Shown: positions 1 to 9,060 of the stretch, in pieces
Layout of the letters: each line of letters opens with the position of its first letter
Position numbering within the stretch: position 1 is the stretch's first letter
From: an uncultured delta proteobacterium
Lineage (GTDB): Bacteria > Desulfobacterota > Desulfobacteria > Desulfobacterales > SG8-13
DNA: 24,000 bases
Reading direction: 5' to 3'
Assembly (NCBI GenBank): GCA_963719015.1
Contig: CAVRBA010000028.1
Location: 5,787 to 29,786, forward strand
Made by a program: the position numbers and the translations under genes
The notes under the pieces: generated by a model
What the model was told of the DNA's origin: nothing
What the model saw: the letters and a program-made list of their open reading frames with translations, nothing else
Database searches by the model: none

Positions 1-56
1 TTCGTGTACTGTTCACAAAGGGAACGAATATCACCATCATCCTTTGTTTCTGTCAT
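1..56 (-). CDS. 5' end of an unidentified gene running off the left edge (MTETKDDGDIRSLCEQYT...)
   Basis: The reverse strand has GGAGG 5 nt upstream of ATG (54-56). The frame stays open to the window edge. It is too short to assign a family. Confidence 0.35.
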   Translation of the reverse strand, partial: MTETKDDGDIRSLCEQYT

Positions 57-475
57 GGGAGCCTCCGTATAATAGCTCTATGCTCTATGCGAATTTTAGT
101 AATCACCTGTGCTTTACCCCAGAATTTAGAATAATATGAATCTATCAGCTTTCTTACATTTTTCTATTTTTGCGGTCCGGGAATATCGATAACAAAAATT
201 TTAGAATCAATATTTGAGTCCGTGTATTGATAAAATGAAGTGATAAGTAATTATTCCTATTTCAGATATTCGGAAAATTAACTATCTGGTATTACATCGG
301 CATTATATACAAAACCTTAAATAGGACATCGGGAAAAAACACAGAACACTAATTATTCATATGATTTTACAAAATCGCAGTAACTGCGCATTGCATATTT
401 TAAATTATAATTTACTTGGTTTTACCCTGATATCCAGGTGGCATGTGGGGAATAGTGTGGGGAGATGCTAAAAAC

Positions 476-514
476 CAAAAGAAAAAGGGGATAGATTATA
501 AGCACCTAACCCCC
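476..514 (-). terminator. Possible rho-independent terminator downstream of tRNA-Glu
   Basis: On the minus strand GGGGG (510-514) pairs with CCCC (487-490) around a large loop, followed by TTTTTCTTTTGGTTTTT. The large loop makes this only moderately convincing. Confidence 0.35.
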
Positions 515-526
515 TGATATTGTTTG

Positions 527-601
527 TGGTGATCCCAGGGGGATTCGAACCCCCGCTACCGGCGTGAGAGGCCGGCGTCCTAACCACTAGACGATGGGAC
601 C
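527..601 (-). tRNA. tRNA-Glu, anticodon CUC, CCA encoded
   Basis: The reverse complement GGTCCCATCGTCTAGTGGTTAGGACGCCGGCCTCTCACGCCGGTAGCGGGGGTTCGAATCCCCCTGGGATCACCA folds as a cloverleaf. It has a 7-bp acceptor stem, U8, A14, anticodon stem CCGGC/GCCGG, loop CUCUCAC, T-arm GGGGG-TTCGAAT-CCCCC and a 3' CCA. Confidence 0.92.
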
Positions 602-695
602 ATTTTTATGCGGATAATCCTGAGTTCAATAAATAAGTTACGACCGAAAGTCAATCGGATTTTATCCCGGCCTCGATTTGACGGTCGCTCTGCTT

Positions 696-908
696 CTATT
701 TTTCCAACTTTTTCCCCTGACGAATACCCACTAAAAAATAAGGGATGAAGCCGACAAACGGAATCGAGGCGATGACCCACCACAGAACCTTTTTTTGATT
801 GGATTCGAAGTCGCGTTGGGCGACATCGACGACGGCCCAGATCGTCAGAAGGAAAAAGGGTACGCACAGGCCAAGGAATATGGCGATTGATTTCAGGTCC
901 ATGATCAC
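696..908 (-). CDS. Small membrane protein, PLD-nuclease N-terminal (PLDc_N)-like family
   Basis: The 70-aa ORF has two hydrophobic helices and the family-typical ...WAVVDVAQRDF...KKVLWWVIASIPFVGFIPYFLVG pattern. Its start overlaps the upstream gene stop by 4 nt (ATGA), implying translational coupling. Confidence 0.7.
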   Translation of the reverse strand: MIMDLKSIAIFLGLCVPFFLLTIWAVVDVAQRDFESNQKKVLWWVIASIPFVGFIPYFLVGIRQGKKLEK

Positions 909-1786
909 GTTTTTAATATTTCGGTGACATTTAATATCGCTTCGACATAGCGGTCACTGTGATTGTAGTGATAGATGACTTTGGTCGCTTTTTTCCGTGT
1001 GATACCCGGATACCAGCCGTGCCGTTTCAAATAGAAGGCGATGCTGGCAATGGCATCTTCGTCGTCGAACAGATTGACCTTGCCGTCGTTGTTGCCGTCT
1101 TTGGCCAGTTGATCGATATTGCTGGGCATAAACTGGGAAATGCCCATGGCCCCGGCGAAGGAACCGTTCAGCACAACGGGATCGAAACCCTCATTGGTGG
1201 TGTGCTGAAGATAGGCCTTCAGTTCCCTGTAAGACCAACCGGATTTCTTGGCCGCCTTCTGATCGAAAACCTTGCGGGTCAGCCCCGGTGTCTCTTTTAC
1301 TTCGGGCCACAAAAGATTCCTCACTTTGGGATCGGAGAGGGCCGCCATGGTCGATAGGGTGTTCAAAACCGACCGGCTTCCCAGCAACGTTCCCAATTGG
1401 GTCTCGATCAGAATAATGGCTGTAATCACCTCGCGGTCGACACCGTATGTCATTTCCGTTTTATCGAAGGCCGCCTTGTGGCGCTGCATGTATTCTCTGG
1501 CCTTGTCGATATGAATCCGATCCGTGTAACGGCCGTAGTTGACCTTGGATTCCCGGTGGACAAAATACGCCGATATCCCCTTGGTTTCGAACTTGACCTC
1601 CGGCCTGGCATACAACTGGCGGATGAAGGTTGCATCGAAACCGTCGTCAATGAGCCTCTGCTCTAACGAGCCGTAGTATTCCCCCTTGTCGTCAGTGCCG
1701 GTCGCAAGTACGGCTGAGACCGTAAGCGTTAAAAAACCCAACACCACAATTCCCATCAAGCGTCGTCCCGCATTTATTCTTTTCAT
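905..1786 (-). CDS. Lytic murein transglycosylase (MltB / SLT_2 family), signal peptide
   Basis: The 293-aa ORF has an N-terminal hydrophobic signal, the ETQLG catalytic-Glu region and the GAMGISQFMPSN motif typical of MltB-type lytic transglycosylases. Confidence 0.85.
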   Translation of the reverse strand: MKRINAGRRLMGIVVLGFLTLTVSAVLATGTDDKGEYYGSLEQRLIDDGFDATFIRQLYARPEVKFETKGISAYFVHRESKVNYGRYTDRIHIDKAREYMQRHKAAFDKTEMTYGVDREVITAIILIETQLGTLLGSRSVLNTLSTMAALSDPKVRNLLWPEVKETPGLTRKVFDQKAAKKSGWSYRELKAYLQHTTNEGFDPVVLNGSFAGAMGISQFMPSNIDQLAKDGNNDGKVNLFDDEDAIASIAFYLKRHGWYPGITRKKATKVIYHYNHSDRYVEAILNVTEILKT

Positions 1787-2175
1787 TTTCCCCCATCATC
1801 AGGTTCGTTATTTTTCATCCAAAGCGCATTATATGCGTATGATATACCGGTTGCACCGGCTGTATCGAAGTGTTAAACCCTAAATGATCGTAAACAAAGC
1901 GGGATCGGTTTTTATATATCTGATTTATAATGCAATTTGTAATTTGATATGCAATTTATTCGCTCTTCCCATGCTGAGTTCTAAATGTCCATTTTAAATC
2001 CCGTCTTGTTTACCCTGCGGGAAAGCCGATGACGCACCATCTGCTACGTTATCAATGGTTCGCAGTATATTAATACGGCTTCACCCTTGATGCCTTGGGC
2101 CCGGAGCATCCTCGACTTTCGCTCAATTAGGGTCAAAGGTATATAATTTACCATAATCAGAAGGATTTTTAAACT

Positions 2176-3543
2176 GTGAAAAAGACGGCCAAGACAATAT
2201 TTGTCTGCCAGTCATGCGGGTATCAGGCGCCCAAATGGATGGGAAAATGTCCTGACTGCGGCAGCTGGGACGCTTTCACCGAGGAACGCCAACAACCGCT
2301 GTCGCCGCTCGGTAAGAGCCGGTCGCTGGCAGCAGCCACGGCCGACCCGGTGCCCATAGACGCCATCGAGATCGAATCCGAATACAGATGGCTCACCGGG
2401 ATCGACGAGTTCGACCGCGTTCTCGGCGGGGGCGTTGTCCCCGGCACCCTGGTGTTGATCGGCGGGGATCCCGGTATTGGGAAATCCACGCTCATGCTTC
2501 AAGCCCTCCATGGCCTGGCCAACAACGGTCACAGGGTACTCTATGTGTCCGGGGAGGAATCGATCCGCCAGATTCGCATCCGCAGCAAACGGCTGGCAAC
2601 CGTTTCGCCCCAGCTGCTGGTGGCGGCCGAAGTGGAACTGGAGACGATTCTGCAAATGGTGGACAGGGTTAAACCGACGGTCGTGGTCGTCGATTCGATC
2701 CAGACCATGTTCAACAGCGAGCTGACATCGGCTCCCGGAAGCATCTCCCAGGTTAGAGAATCAACCGTCCGCCTGATGCTCATGGCCAAACGCAGCGGTA
2801 TTCCCTTTTTCCTGGTCGGCCACGTGACCAAGGAAGGGGCCATCGCCGGACCGAAGCTTCTCGAACACATGGTGGACACGGTGCTTTATTTCGAGGGTGA
2901 CCGGAACCACGTCTTCCGGATACTGCGCGCAGTAAAAAACCGCTTCGGATCCACCAACGAAATCGGCGTGTTTGAAATGAAAGGTCGCGGCCTGGAAGAA
3001 ATCGGCAACCCGTCGGCTGTTTTTCTTGCCGAGCGTCCGACTGACGCACCCGGATCGGTAGTGACAGCCAGTCTGGAGGGCACCCGACCGATCCTGGTCG
3101 AAATCCAGGCCCTGGCCAGCAGCAGCAGTTTCGGAACATCCCGGCGGACCATCCTCGGGCTGGACCAGAATCGCGTATCGCTGCTGGTTGCGGTCATGGA
3201 GAAAAAGCTCGGCATGCACTTGCTGGGGCACGATATATTTATGAACGTTGCCGGCGGTGTCAAAATCGACGAACCGGCCGTCGACATGGGCATTGTCGCG
3301 GCCGTGGCATCGAGTTTCCTGGACAAATCGATACCCGAAAGTACGCTGGTTCTCGGCGAAGTGGGCCTGACGGGCGAGGTGCGCGGTATCGGCCAGATCG
3401 AAACCCGAATTGCCGAAGCCCAAAAGATGGGGTTCACGCGCTGCCTTCTGCCCCAGAGCAACCACAAGCGTCTGACAAATAACAGCGCGATGAAATTGTC
3501 CGGTATCCGCAACATTGAGGAAGGGATTGAAACACTATTCTAA
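2176..3543 (+). CDS. radA: DNA repair protein RadA/Sms
   Basis: The 455-aa ORF has an N-terminal zinc ribbon (CQSCGYQAPKWMGKCPDCGSW), Walker A (GGDPGIGKST), the KNRFG motif and a Lon-like C-terminal domain. It starts at GTG with AAGGA upstream. Confidence 0.95.
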   Translation: MKKTAKTIFVCQSCGYQAPKWMGKCPDCGSWDAFTEERQQPLSPLGKSRSLAAATADPVPIDAIEIESEYRWLTGIDEFDRVLGGGVVPGTLVLIGGDPGIGKSTLMLQALHGLANNGHRVLYVSGEESIRQIRIRSKRLATVSPQLLVAAEVELETILQMVDRVKPTVVVVDSIQTMFNSELTSAPGSISQVRESTVRLMLMAKRSGIPFFLVGHVTKEGAIAGPKLLEHMVDTVLYFEGDRNHVFRILRAVKNRFGSTNEIGVFEMKGRGLEEIGNPSAVFLAERPTDAPGSVVTASLEGTRPILVEIQALASSSSFGTSRRTILGLDQNRVSLLVAVMEKKLGMHLLGHDIFMNVAGGVKIDEPAVDMGIVAAVASSFLDKSIPESTLVLGEVGLTGEVRGIGQIETRIAEAQKMGFTRCLLPQSNHKRLTNNSAMKLSGIRNIEEGIETLF

Positions 3544-3545
3544 AC

Positions 3546-3689
3546 AGTGTCCAACCATAACTGGCCTATTTTCCGCTGGGAGGCGTTCTCCGCAGGTCTC
3601 CAGCTGCGGCGTACGTATAGTACGCCTCGCCGCAAACCCTTGTGCGGCCTTGCTCAGCAGAAAAAATTCTCATTTCTGAATTGGACACT
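3546..3689 (+). other. Highly structured intergenic element: a 9-bp closing helix enclosing four hairpins. Function unknown.
   Basis: AGTGTCCAA (3546-3554) pairs perfectly with TTGGACACT (3681-3689). Inside are the hairpins CCGCAG/CTGCGG (3590-3609), (GG)CGTAC/GTACG(CC) (3608-3626), GCCGCA/TGCGGC (3629-3648) and CAGAAA/TTTCTG (3658-3678). The strand of any transcript is unknown. Confidence 0.3.
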
Positions 3690-3862
3690 CAACGGTGCCA
3701 TTACATATTCGTGGATGGGCATTAACGATAAAATGTTACGCTCTGGATATTTGGTAGACTCCACCTTTTTTATCAAAAGGGGTCAATTCGGCGAGGGTGG
3801 CGTGTACGTTGCATTGATCTTGACGGGAATCGGTCAATAATATTATAGAGAAACATTTTTTT

Positions 3863-4465
3863 ATGAAACGAAACGCAGTAAAACGCAACCGATGGGATGA
3901 TCACTATACGGAACGCGCCCGCAAAGAAAAATATCCGGCCCGCTCCGTATTCAAGCTGCAGGAAATACAGCGTAAGTTTCGCCTGCTCAATAAAGGCAAC
4001 CGGGTTCTCGATCTCGGATGCGCTCCCGGATCATGGCTGCTGTATGCTGCACAACTCATTGGGCCCCGCGGAAAGGTCGTCGGAGTGGATCTGCAGCCGG
4101 TCAAGATTCGGCTGCCGGCCAATGCCACCGTTCATATCGGCGATATTCTTGCGCCGGATGACACGCTGCTGGTAAATATCGGCCAGGACTATCACGCCGT
4201 GCTGAGCGATATGGCCCCCGCCACCACAGGTCAAAAGTCGATTGATGCGGCACGCTCATACAATCTCTGTCAGGCGGCATTGGATGTGGCGGTCCGTCTT
4301 TTGATACCCGGCGGCATTTTTGTCAGCAAAATATTCCAGGGTGCGGAATTTCAAGCCTATCGAAATGAGGTCAGTAATGTATTCGATAAGTTAAGGATCT
4401 TCAAACCCCAAAGCAGCCGCAAAGCGAGCAGGGAAATATTTATCATCGCAATCGGAAGACGATAG
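3863..4465 (+). CDS. rlmE: 23S rRNA (uridine2552-2'-O)-methyltransferase RlmE/FtsJ
   Basis: The 200-aa ORF has the SAM-binding motif VLDLGCAPGSW, DMAP and KxFQG motifs, and full-length resemblance to the FtsJ family. Confidence 0.9.
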   Translation: MKRNAVKRNRWDDHYTERARKEKYPARSVFKLQEIQRKFRLLNKGNRVLDLGCAPGSWLLYAAQLIGPRGKVVGVDLQPVKIRLPANATVHIGDILAPDDTLLVNIGQDYHAVLSDMAPATTGQKSIDAARSYNLCQAALDVAVRLLIPGGIFVSKIFQGAEFQAYRNEVSNVFDKLRIFKPQSSRKASREIFIIAIGRR

Positions 4466-4474
4466 GAGGAAACC

Positions 4475-5209
4475 ATGTCAGGCCATAGTAAATGGTCCAC
4501 CATCAAACATAAAAAGGCGGCCAGCGACGCCAAAAGAGGGAAAATTTTCACCAAACTCATCAAGGAAATCACTGTGGCCGCGCGTATGGGGGGCGGTGAT
4601 CTGAACGCAAACCCCCGTCTACGCAGTGCCATCCAAGCCGCTAAAAGCGAGAACATGCCCAAAGACAACATCGATCGGGCCGTCAAGAAAGGGACCGGTG
4701 AACTCGAAGGGGTCAGTTACGATGAGAGCATCTACGAAGGCTACGGTCCTGGCGGCGCCGCAGTCCTGATCGATTCGTTGACAGACAATAAAAACCGGGC
4801 CGTATCTGAAATCCGATTCATTTTCAATAAGAATGGCGGCAGTATGGGAGAAAACGGCTGTGTCGCCTGGATGTTCGATAAAAAAGGATACATCGTGGTG
4901 GAGCGTTCGGTGACCGACGAGGATACTCTGATGGAGGTCGCCCTGGAAGCCGGCGCCGAAGATGTGCGCGAGGATAACAGCAATTTCGAAGTCATCACCG
5001 CACCCGAAGATTTCGAAGACGTGATGGCCGCCATAGAAAAGGCCGGCATTGCCACGATCGAAGGAGAAGTCACCATGCTGCCGCAGTCAACAACGAATCT
5101 CGCCGGAAAGGAAGCAGAGCAGATGATCCGGCTAATGGACATGTTTGAGGACTGTGACGACGTCCAGAAAGTCTATACCAACGCCGATATACCGGAAGAC
5201 TTGGTATAG
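4475..5209 (+). CDS. YebC/PmpR-family DNA-binding transcriptional regulator
   Basis: The 244-aa ORF starts [28 protein letters not shown]..., the hallmark YebC N-terminus. AGGAGG lies 5 nt upstream of the ATG. Confidence 0.92.
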   Translation: MSGHSKWSTIKHKKAASDAKRGKIFTKLIKEITVAARMGGGDLNANPRLRSAIQAAKSENMPKDNIDRAVKKGTGELEGVSYDESIYEGYGPGGAAVLIDSLTDNKNRAVSEIRFIFNKNGGSMGENGCVAWMFDKKGYIVVERSVTDEDTLMEVALEAGAEDVREDNSNFEVITAPEDFEDVMAAIEKAGIATIEGEVTMLPQSTTNLAGKEAEQMIRLMDMFEDCDDVQKVYTNADIPEDLV

Positions 5210-5392
5210 CACAAAATTTTCACGGATCCTTTTCAGGGAGGGACTAAAAAGACAAATTCGAAATGCTATCGAGTCGGTGGAACCTCCACGGTAGCGCCCG
5301 CAATCCCAATCCTATTTTTGCCCCTGGCCCACATACCAACAATGAAAAAGCGACCGCCAGCAGAACACTGTCGGCGATATGGTCACTTACCC

Positions 5393-6307
5393 TTACGACA
5401 GATCCAGCATTTTTTGGACTGCCTTCAATGCCGGGCGGCGGATGTCTTCCGGAACTTTTACTTCGCCTGTCATGTCTTTCAGGCTTCGGGCCACATCATC
5501 CAGAGAGATCTTCTTCATATTCGGGCACACCATTTTTTCCGAGGCCGGGAAAAAGGCTTTCCCTGGATTATCCTTCTTCATGGGATACAATAAACCGGAT
5601 TCGGTGCCAACGATAAACGCCCCGTGGCTGGATTCCCGCACGTAACGCAGCATTCCGGATGTGCTTGCAACGGCATCCGCCAACGCTAACACTTCCGGTC
5701 GGCACTCGGGATGGGCGATAAAAATGGCCCCCGGATGCTTCTCTTTGGCCTTCTTCACATCTGCAGGGGTCAAACGATCGTGGGTGGGGCAGTAGCCTTC
5801 CCATATCTGAATTTTCTTGTTCGTCTGGGACGCTGCGTACAAGGCAAGATTCCGGTCAGGCGTCATGAGAATTTCATCCTCGACCAGGCTGTTGACAACC
5901 CGCACAACGTTGGCCGACGTGCAGCAAATCGTCGAAAGGGCTTTAACCGCAGCCGTCGAATTCACATAGGTAACAACCGGCATCGGCGGTAACTTGGCCA
6001 GTTTTGCTTCGAGCGAATCCGGGTCGACCATATCGGCCATGGGGCATCCCGCATCATGCCGAGGAAGAAGAACGGTTTTAGCGGGCGAAATGATCGAGGC
6101 GGTCTCGGCCATGAAGTGGACACCGCAAAATACGATGACCTCTGCATCGGTCTTGGATGCCTTGATGCTCAGTTCAAGCGAATCGCCACAGAGGTCGGCC
6201 AACTCCTGGATCTCCGGCGGCTGATAGTTGTGGGCCAGAATAATGGCATTGCGTTCTGCGACCAACCCTCTGATTCTCTGCTTGATATCATCCATGCTGC
6301 CATTCAT
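5393..6307 (-). CDS. nadA: Quinolinate synthase NadA
   Basis: The 304-aa ORF has typical NadA blocks (ILAHNYQ, FCGVHFMAET, VVTYVNS, HPEC). The start could instead be the ATG 12 nt downstream (6295). Confidence 0.9.
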   Translation of the reverse strand: MNGSMDDIKQRIRGLVAERNAIILAHNYQPPEIQELADLCGDSLELSIKASKTDAEVIVFCGVHFMAETASIISPAKTVLLPRHDAGCPMADMVDPDSLEAKLAKLPPMPVVTYVNSTAAVKALSTICCTSANVVRVVNSLVEDEILMTPDRNLALYAASQTNKKIQIWEGYCPTHDRLTPADVKKAKEKHPGAIFIAHPECRPEVLALADAVASTSGMLRYVRESSHGAFIVGTESGLLYPMKKDNPGKAFFPASEKMVCPNMKKISLDDVARSLKDMTGEVKVPEDIRRPALKAVQKMLDLS

Positions 6308-6457
6308 CCTTCGGTGTTTTCACTCATAAAGTGATGTTTTATTAACCGGGCAGTATTCTCGGCCAGGTCTATCTCTGCGGCCGACCCGTCAAAATGCACT
6401 TTCAATTATGAATCGGACATTCGATAGGGTTATCAACCATTGGTGGATGGGCACGTG

Positions 6458-7132
6458 TCATTCATCCATGGTCACCACGTCGGTGCCTTCCGGGATGGTG
6501 AAGTTGAAAAGCGATGGATCCGGTACGTCACCAATGCGCGCATTCAACAGAGTAATGCGGGTTTCATCACCATAAGCGTTGTAAGTAACCACCTGGTGAA
6601 CCGCATATGAATCTTTGTCCACCAGCAGAAGAATGTCGACAACATCGGCGGTTTTGTCGAGTGGGACGAGTTTGAGCACATGATATTTGTCATCGTCTGA
6701 AGACACCTGAGATATCTCGAACTTTCGGCGCAGTACCCTGATATCGGCCAGGAATCCGGCGCCCTTGCCGCCGGCCAGAAAAGCCGGTGCCTTACCGAGA
6801 ATCACCTGGTTGTCCTGTGGCCGATAAATCCAAAGCCGATCCGCGTTGGTAATGATGAGTTGAGGATCGGGTGTTTCGTACTCCCACCGCATCATTTCAG
6901 GTTTTCGAACGTATATCTTTCCCTTGGCCTCATCGGCGATATCCATGGCCTTGATGGTTGAAATCTGGTGAAAATCGGCCGTAAAACCGGCCACATCATA
7001 ACGGCGTTCGATCTGTTCGATGAGCTTTTCCACGCCGTCTAACGTGCCAGCGGCATTTGCCGTCGTGACTGCCCCCCGGTTAAACCCGGTCAGAACGAGT
7101 ACCAACACGACACAGCGAATCACCCATTTCAT
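6458..7132 (-). CDS. LolA-like outer-membrane lipoprotein carrier protein
   Basis: The 224-aa ORF has a signal peptide and a LolA-fold pattern (F.Q........G..Y..KP..MRWEY..P..Q.I....D..W.Y). AGGAG lies upstream of the ATG. Confidence 0.72.
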   Translation of the reverse strand: MKWVIRCVVLVLVLTGFNRGAVTTANAAGTLDGVEKLIEQIERRYDVAGFTADFHQISTIKAMDIADEAKGKIYVRKPEMMRWEYETPDPQLIITNADRLWIYRPQDNQVILGKAPAFLAGGKGAGFLADIRVLRRKFEISQVSSDDDKYHVLKLVPLDKTADVVDILLLVDKDSYAVHQVVTYNAYGDETRITLLNARIGDVPDPSLFNFTIPEGTDVVTMDE

Positions 7133-7307
7133 TTGATTCTCCTTTTAAGTTTGAATGTCCGCCTGCCTTTCGGCACACAGTGGAGATCTTACAGCCGGGA
7201 TCGAGGCAGCCAGGTCAATCCATCTTGAGCGCTCTTTTTACGCGATAACGTTTTGTTTGTAAACAACGACGACCCGGTTGCTTGTGATTGGCAATATATA
7301 CATTCGT

Positions 7308-8213
7308 TTAGTTTTGTAACCGCCGCACCAGGTCTCTGAAACCATCGGTCGACTGGAGCGCAAACCCAGGGCCATCCTGGTTCTCGCGAGCTGCCGCTGC
7401 AACCCTTCCAAATACCGAAAGGCTGATATGATCGATGAGGGCAAGTTTCATCAGAAGTTCGCTTTTCGGCAGGTGGACGGCACGCTCACCGCGCATCATC
7501 AGAGTTTCGATATTGTCTCTCTTCAGCCTCTCTTCGAACAGTATCGTTTTCTGTAGCTGATTCCGACAAGCCTGTCGTCTTTTGGTCAATTCATCGAATA
7601 CTTCAGCATCATCGTCAATGTCTTCCAACATATCCAGCACGAAATCGAGGCATGTAAAGATCTGTCCGTCCGGACCCATCTTTTCGAAAAATACAGCCAG
7701 AAACTGCACTTTTTTTTCACCAAGGTTCTTGCGGAAGTTTCGCAATTTCACTTTGACGGCCGTGCGAATTGCGGGAGCAATGTGTTCCGCGACGGAATCC
7801 AATAGCTCAGCGTTTATCCGTCGGGTCAGATTGAGGCGGTGCAGGAAGGTGTCGATCATGTCCTCGGGAAAGTCCAGAGTCAGTATGCCGCGTCCGTCAG
7901 GAAACAGGAGGGTCGTCCGCAGCAGACGTCTTGAAAGTTCGTCGGTGACGATAGCGACATCCTCGCCGCTGAAAACGGCATCGTCCAGGGTCTCTTCGAT
8001 CTCTTGCTGAATCGTTTCGTCAGGGAAGAAAATAAGTTCCAGTAGACCATCCCGCTCCGGGTTGGCGTTATCGCCGATGATCTGCTTCAGCTCGATAGTT
8101 GATGGGCAGGAAAATACCGTATCGATATAATCGACGAGCCCCCCGTCGGCTTCAAGTCCATTCCGAAGAATGCGGCAGACCGATTCTACCAGCGGGCGAC
8201 AGTTTTCTTTCAT
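7308..8213 (-). CDS. Hypothetical acidic cytoplasmic protein, no family recognised
   Basis: The 301-aa ORF has coding-like composition. Its start lies 10 nt after the thioredoxin stop with no Shine-Dalgarno, so it is probably co-transcribed and translationally coupled. Confidence 0.6.
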   Translation of the reverse strand: MKENCRPLVESVCRILRNGLEADGGLVDYIDTVFSCPSTIELKQIIGDNANPERDGLLELIFFPDETIQQEIEETLDDAVFSGEDVAIVTDELSRRLLRTTLLFPDGRGILTLDFPEDMIDTFLHRLNLTRRINAELLDSVAEHIAPAIRTAVKVKLRNFRKNLGEKKVQFLAVFFEKMGPDGQIFTCLDFVLDMLEDIDDDAEVFDELTKRRQACRNQLQKTILFEERLKRDNIETLMMRGERAVHLPKSELLMKLALIDHISLSVFGRVAAAARENQDGPGFALQSTDGFRDLVRRLQN

Positions 8214-8223
8214 GTCGAATTCA

Positions 8224-8811
8224 TCAGAGATAGTGGGCCAACTTCATCATCAATTGATGTTTCTGCATCCCACCCGGCAGGCTCTCCTTCAGTTCGCCAT
8301 TGTCAAAAATGAACAGGTAAGGCACGCTGAGAATGTTGAAGCGGGCGGCAATCTGCTGATTGACGTCGATATTGACCTTCCCGACCCGGATCTTTCCTTT
8401 GGACTCTCTGGCAAAATCATCGATAATTGGGGCGACGGCACCGCAGGTCGGGCACCAGGGTGCCCAGCAAAACAATAGAACCGGCAGTGGTGACGCCATG
8501 ACCGTGTTTTCGAAATTGGAATCGGTCACCATAACCGGCTGAGGGATGAAGAGTTCGGAGGCGGCCAGGGCCGATCCGCACTTTCCGCATTTGGCCCCGG
8601 CATCGATTTTGTGACCCGGTACCCGGTTGCGCGTCTTGCATTCGCTACAGCGAACCGTATAGCTGACGGATGCATCCTCAGCTACGGAAGCAGTACCCAT
8701 AAGGACATGGCATTTACCGCACCGGGCGTTGGTTTCGGCTCTATCAGCCGGGATCTTGTTTCGCGTGCCGCATGTGGGGCACCGCCGAATGATTGCCGTA
8801 GAATCGTTCAT
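8224..8811 (-). CDS. Thioredoxin-family protein with two tandem N-terminal zinc-ribbon modules and a WCPTC active site
   Basis: The 195-aa ORF carries four CxxC pairs (CPTC, CGKC, CSEC, CGKC) in two repeated RC..C.TRN.(I/V)P...A.CGKC modules. These are followed by a Trx fold (LLFCWAPWCPTCG...VPYLFIF). GAGGAAAAGCA precedes the ATG. Confidence 0.85.
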   Translation of the reverse strand: MNDSTAIIRRCPTCGTRNKIPADRAETNARCGKCHVLMGTASVAEDASVSYTVRCSECKTRNRVPGHKIDAGAKCGKCGSALAASELFIPQPVMVTDSNFENTVMASPLPVLLFCWAPWCPTCGAVAPIIDDFARESKGKIRVGKVNIDVNQQIAARFNILSVPYLFIFDNGELKESLPGGMQKHQLMMKLAHYL

Positions 8812-9060
8812 TGCTTTTCCTCGCGCTCTTTAAATTTTATATTAACATAAGGCCTGTTGGCTTCGAGTAAAGCGCGTACCGTTCTACCGTCGACAAGATT
8901 ATCCCGACCAAACGGGATATTGGTATCACCTGTCATCACCCAGCATTGTTTCTTTTTCACCACTCTCGAACAAAAATTCATGAAATTTTCGGGTTCGTTG
9001 CGTCCACTTCAGTGAGGTCACCGAAGACTATCGACCCGCGGCAGTGAGAATCTGCACGCC

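Noticed and set aside
580-867. 95-aa minus-strand ORF
   Set aside because: It runs across the tRNA-Glu gene and out of frame over the PLDc_N-like gene, so it is spurious.
3547-3840. 97-aa GTG-initiated ORF between radA and rlmE
   Set aside because: It has no RBS, an odd composition (rich in W, R, F) and no recognisable family. It is laid over the hairpin-rich element, so it is treated as non-coding.
9008-9027. 8-bp hairpin CTTCAGTG-AGGT-CACCGAAG just downstream of the regulator stop
   Set aside because: No U-tract follows it on the minus strand, so it is not called as a terminator.
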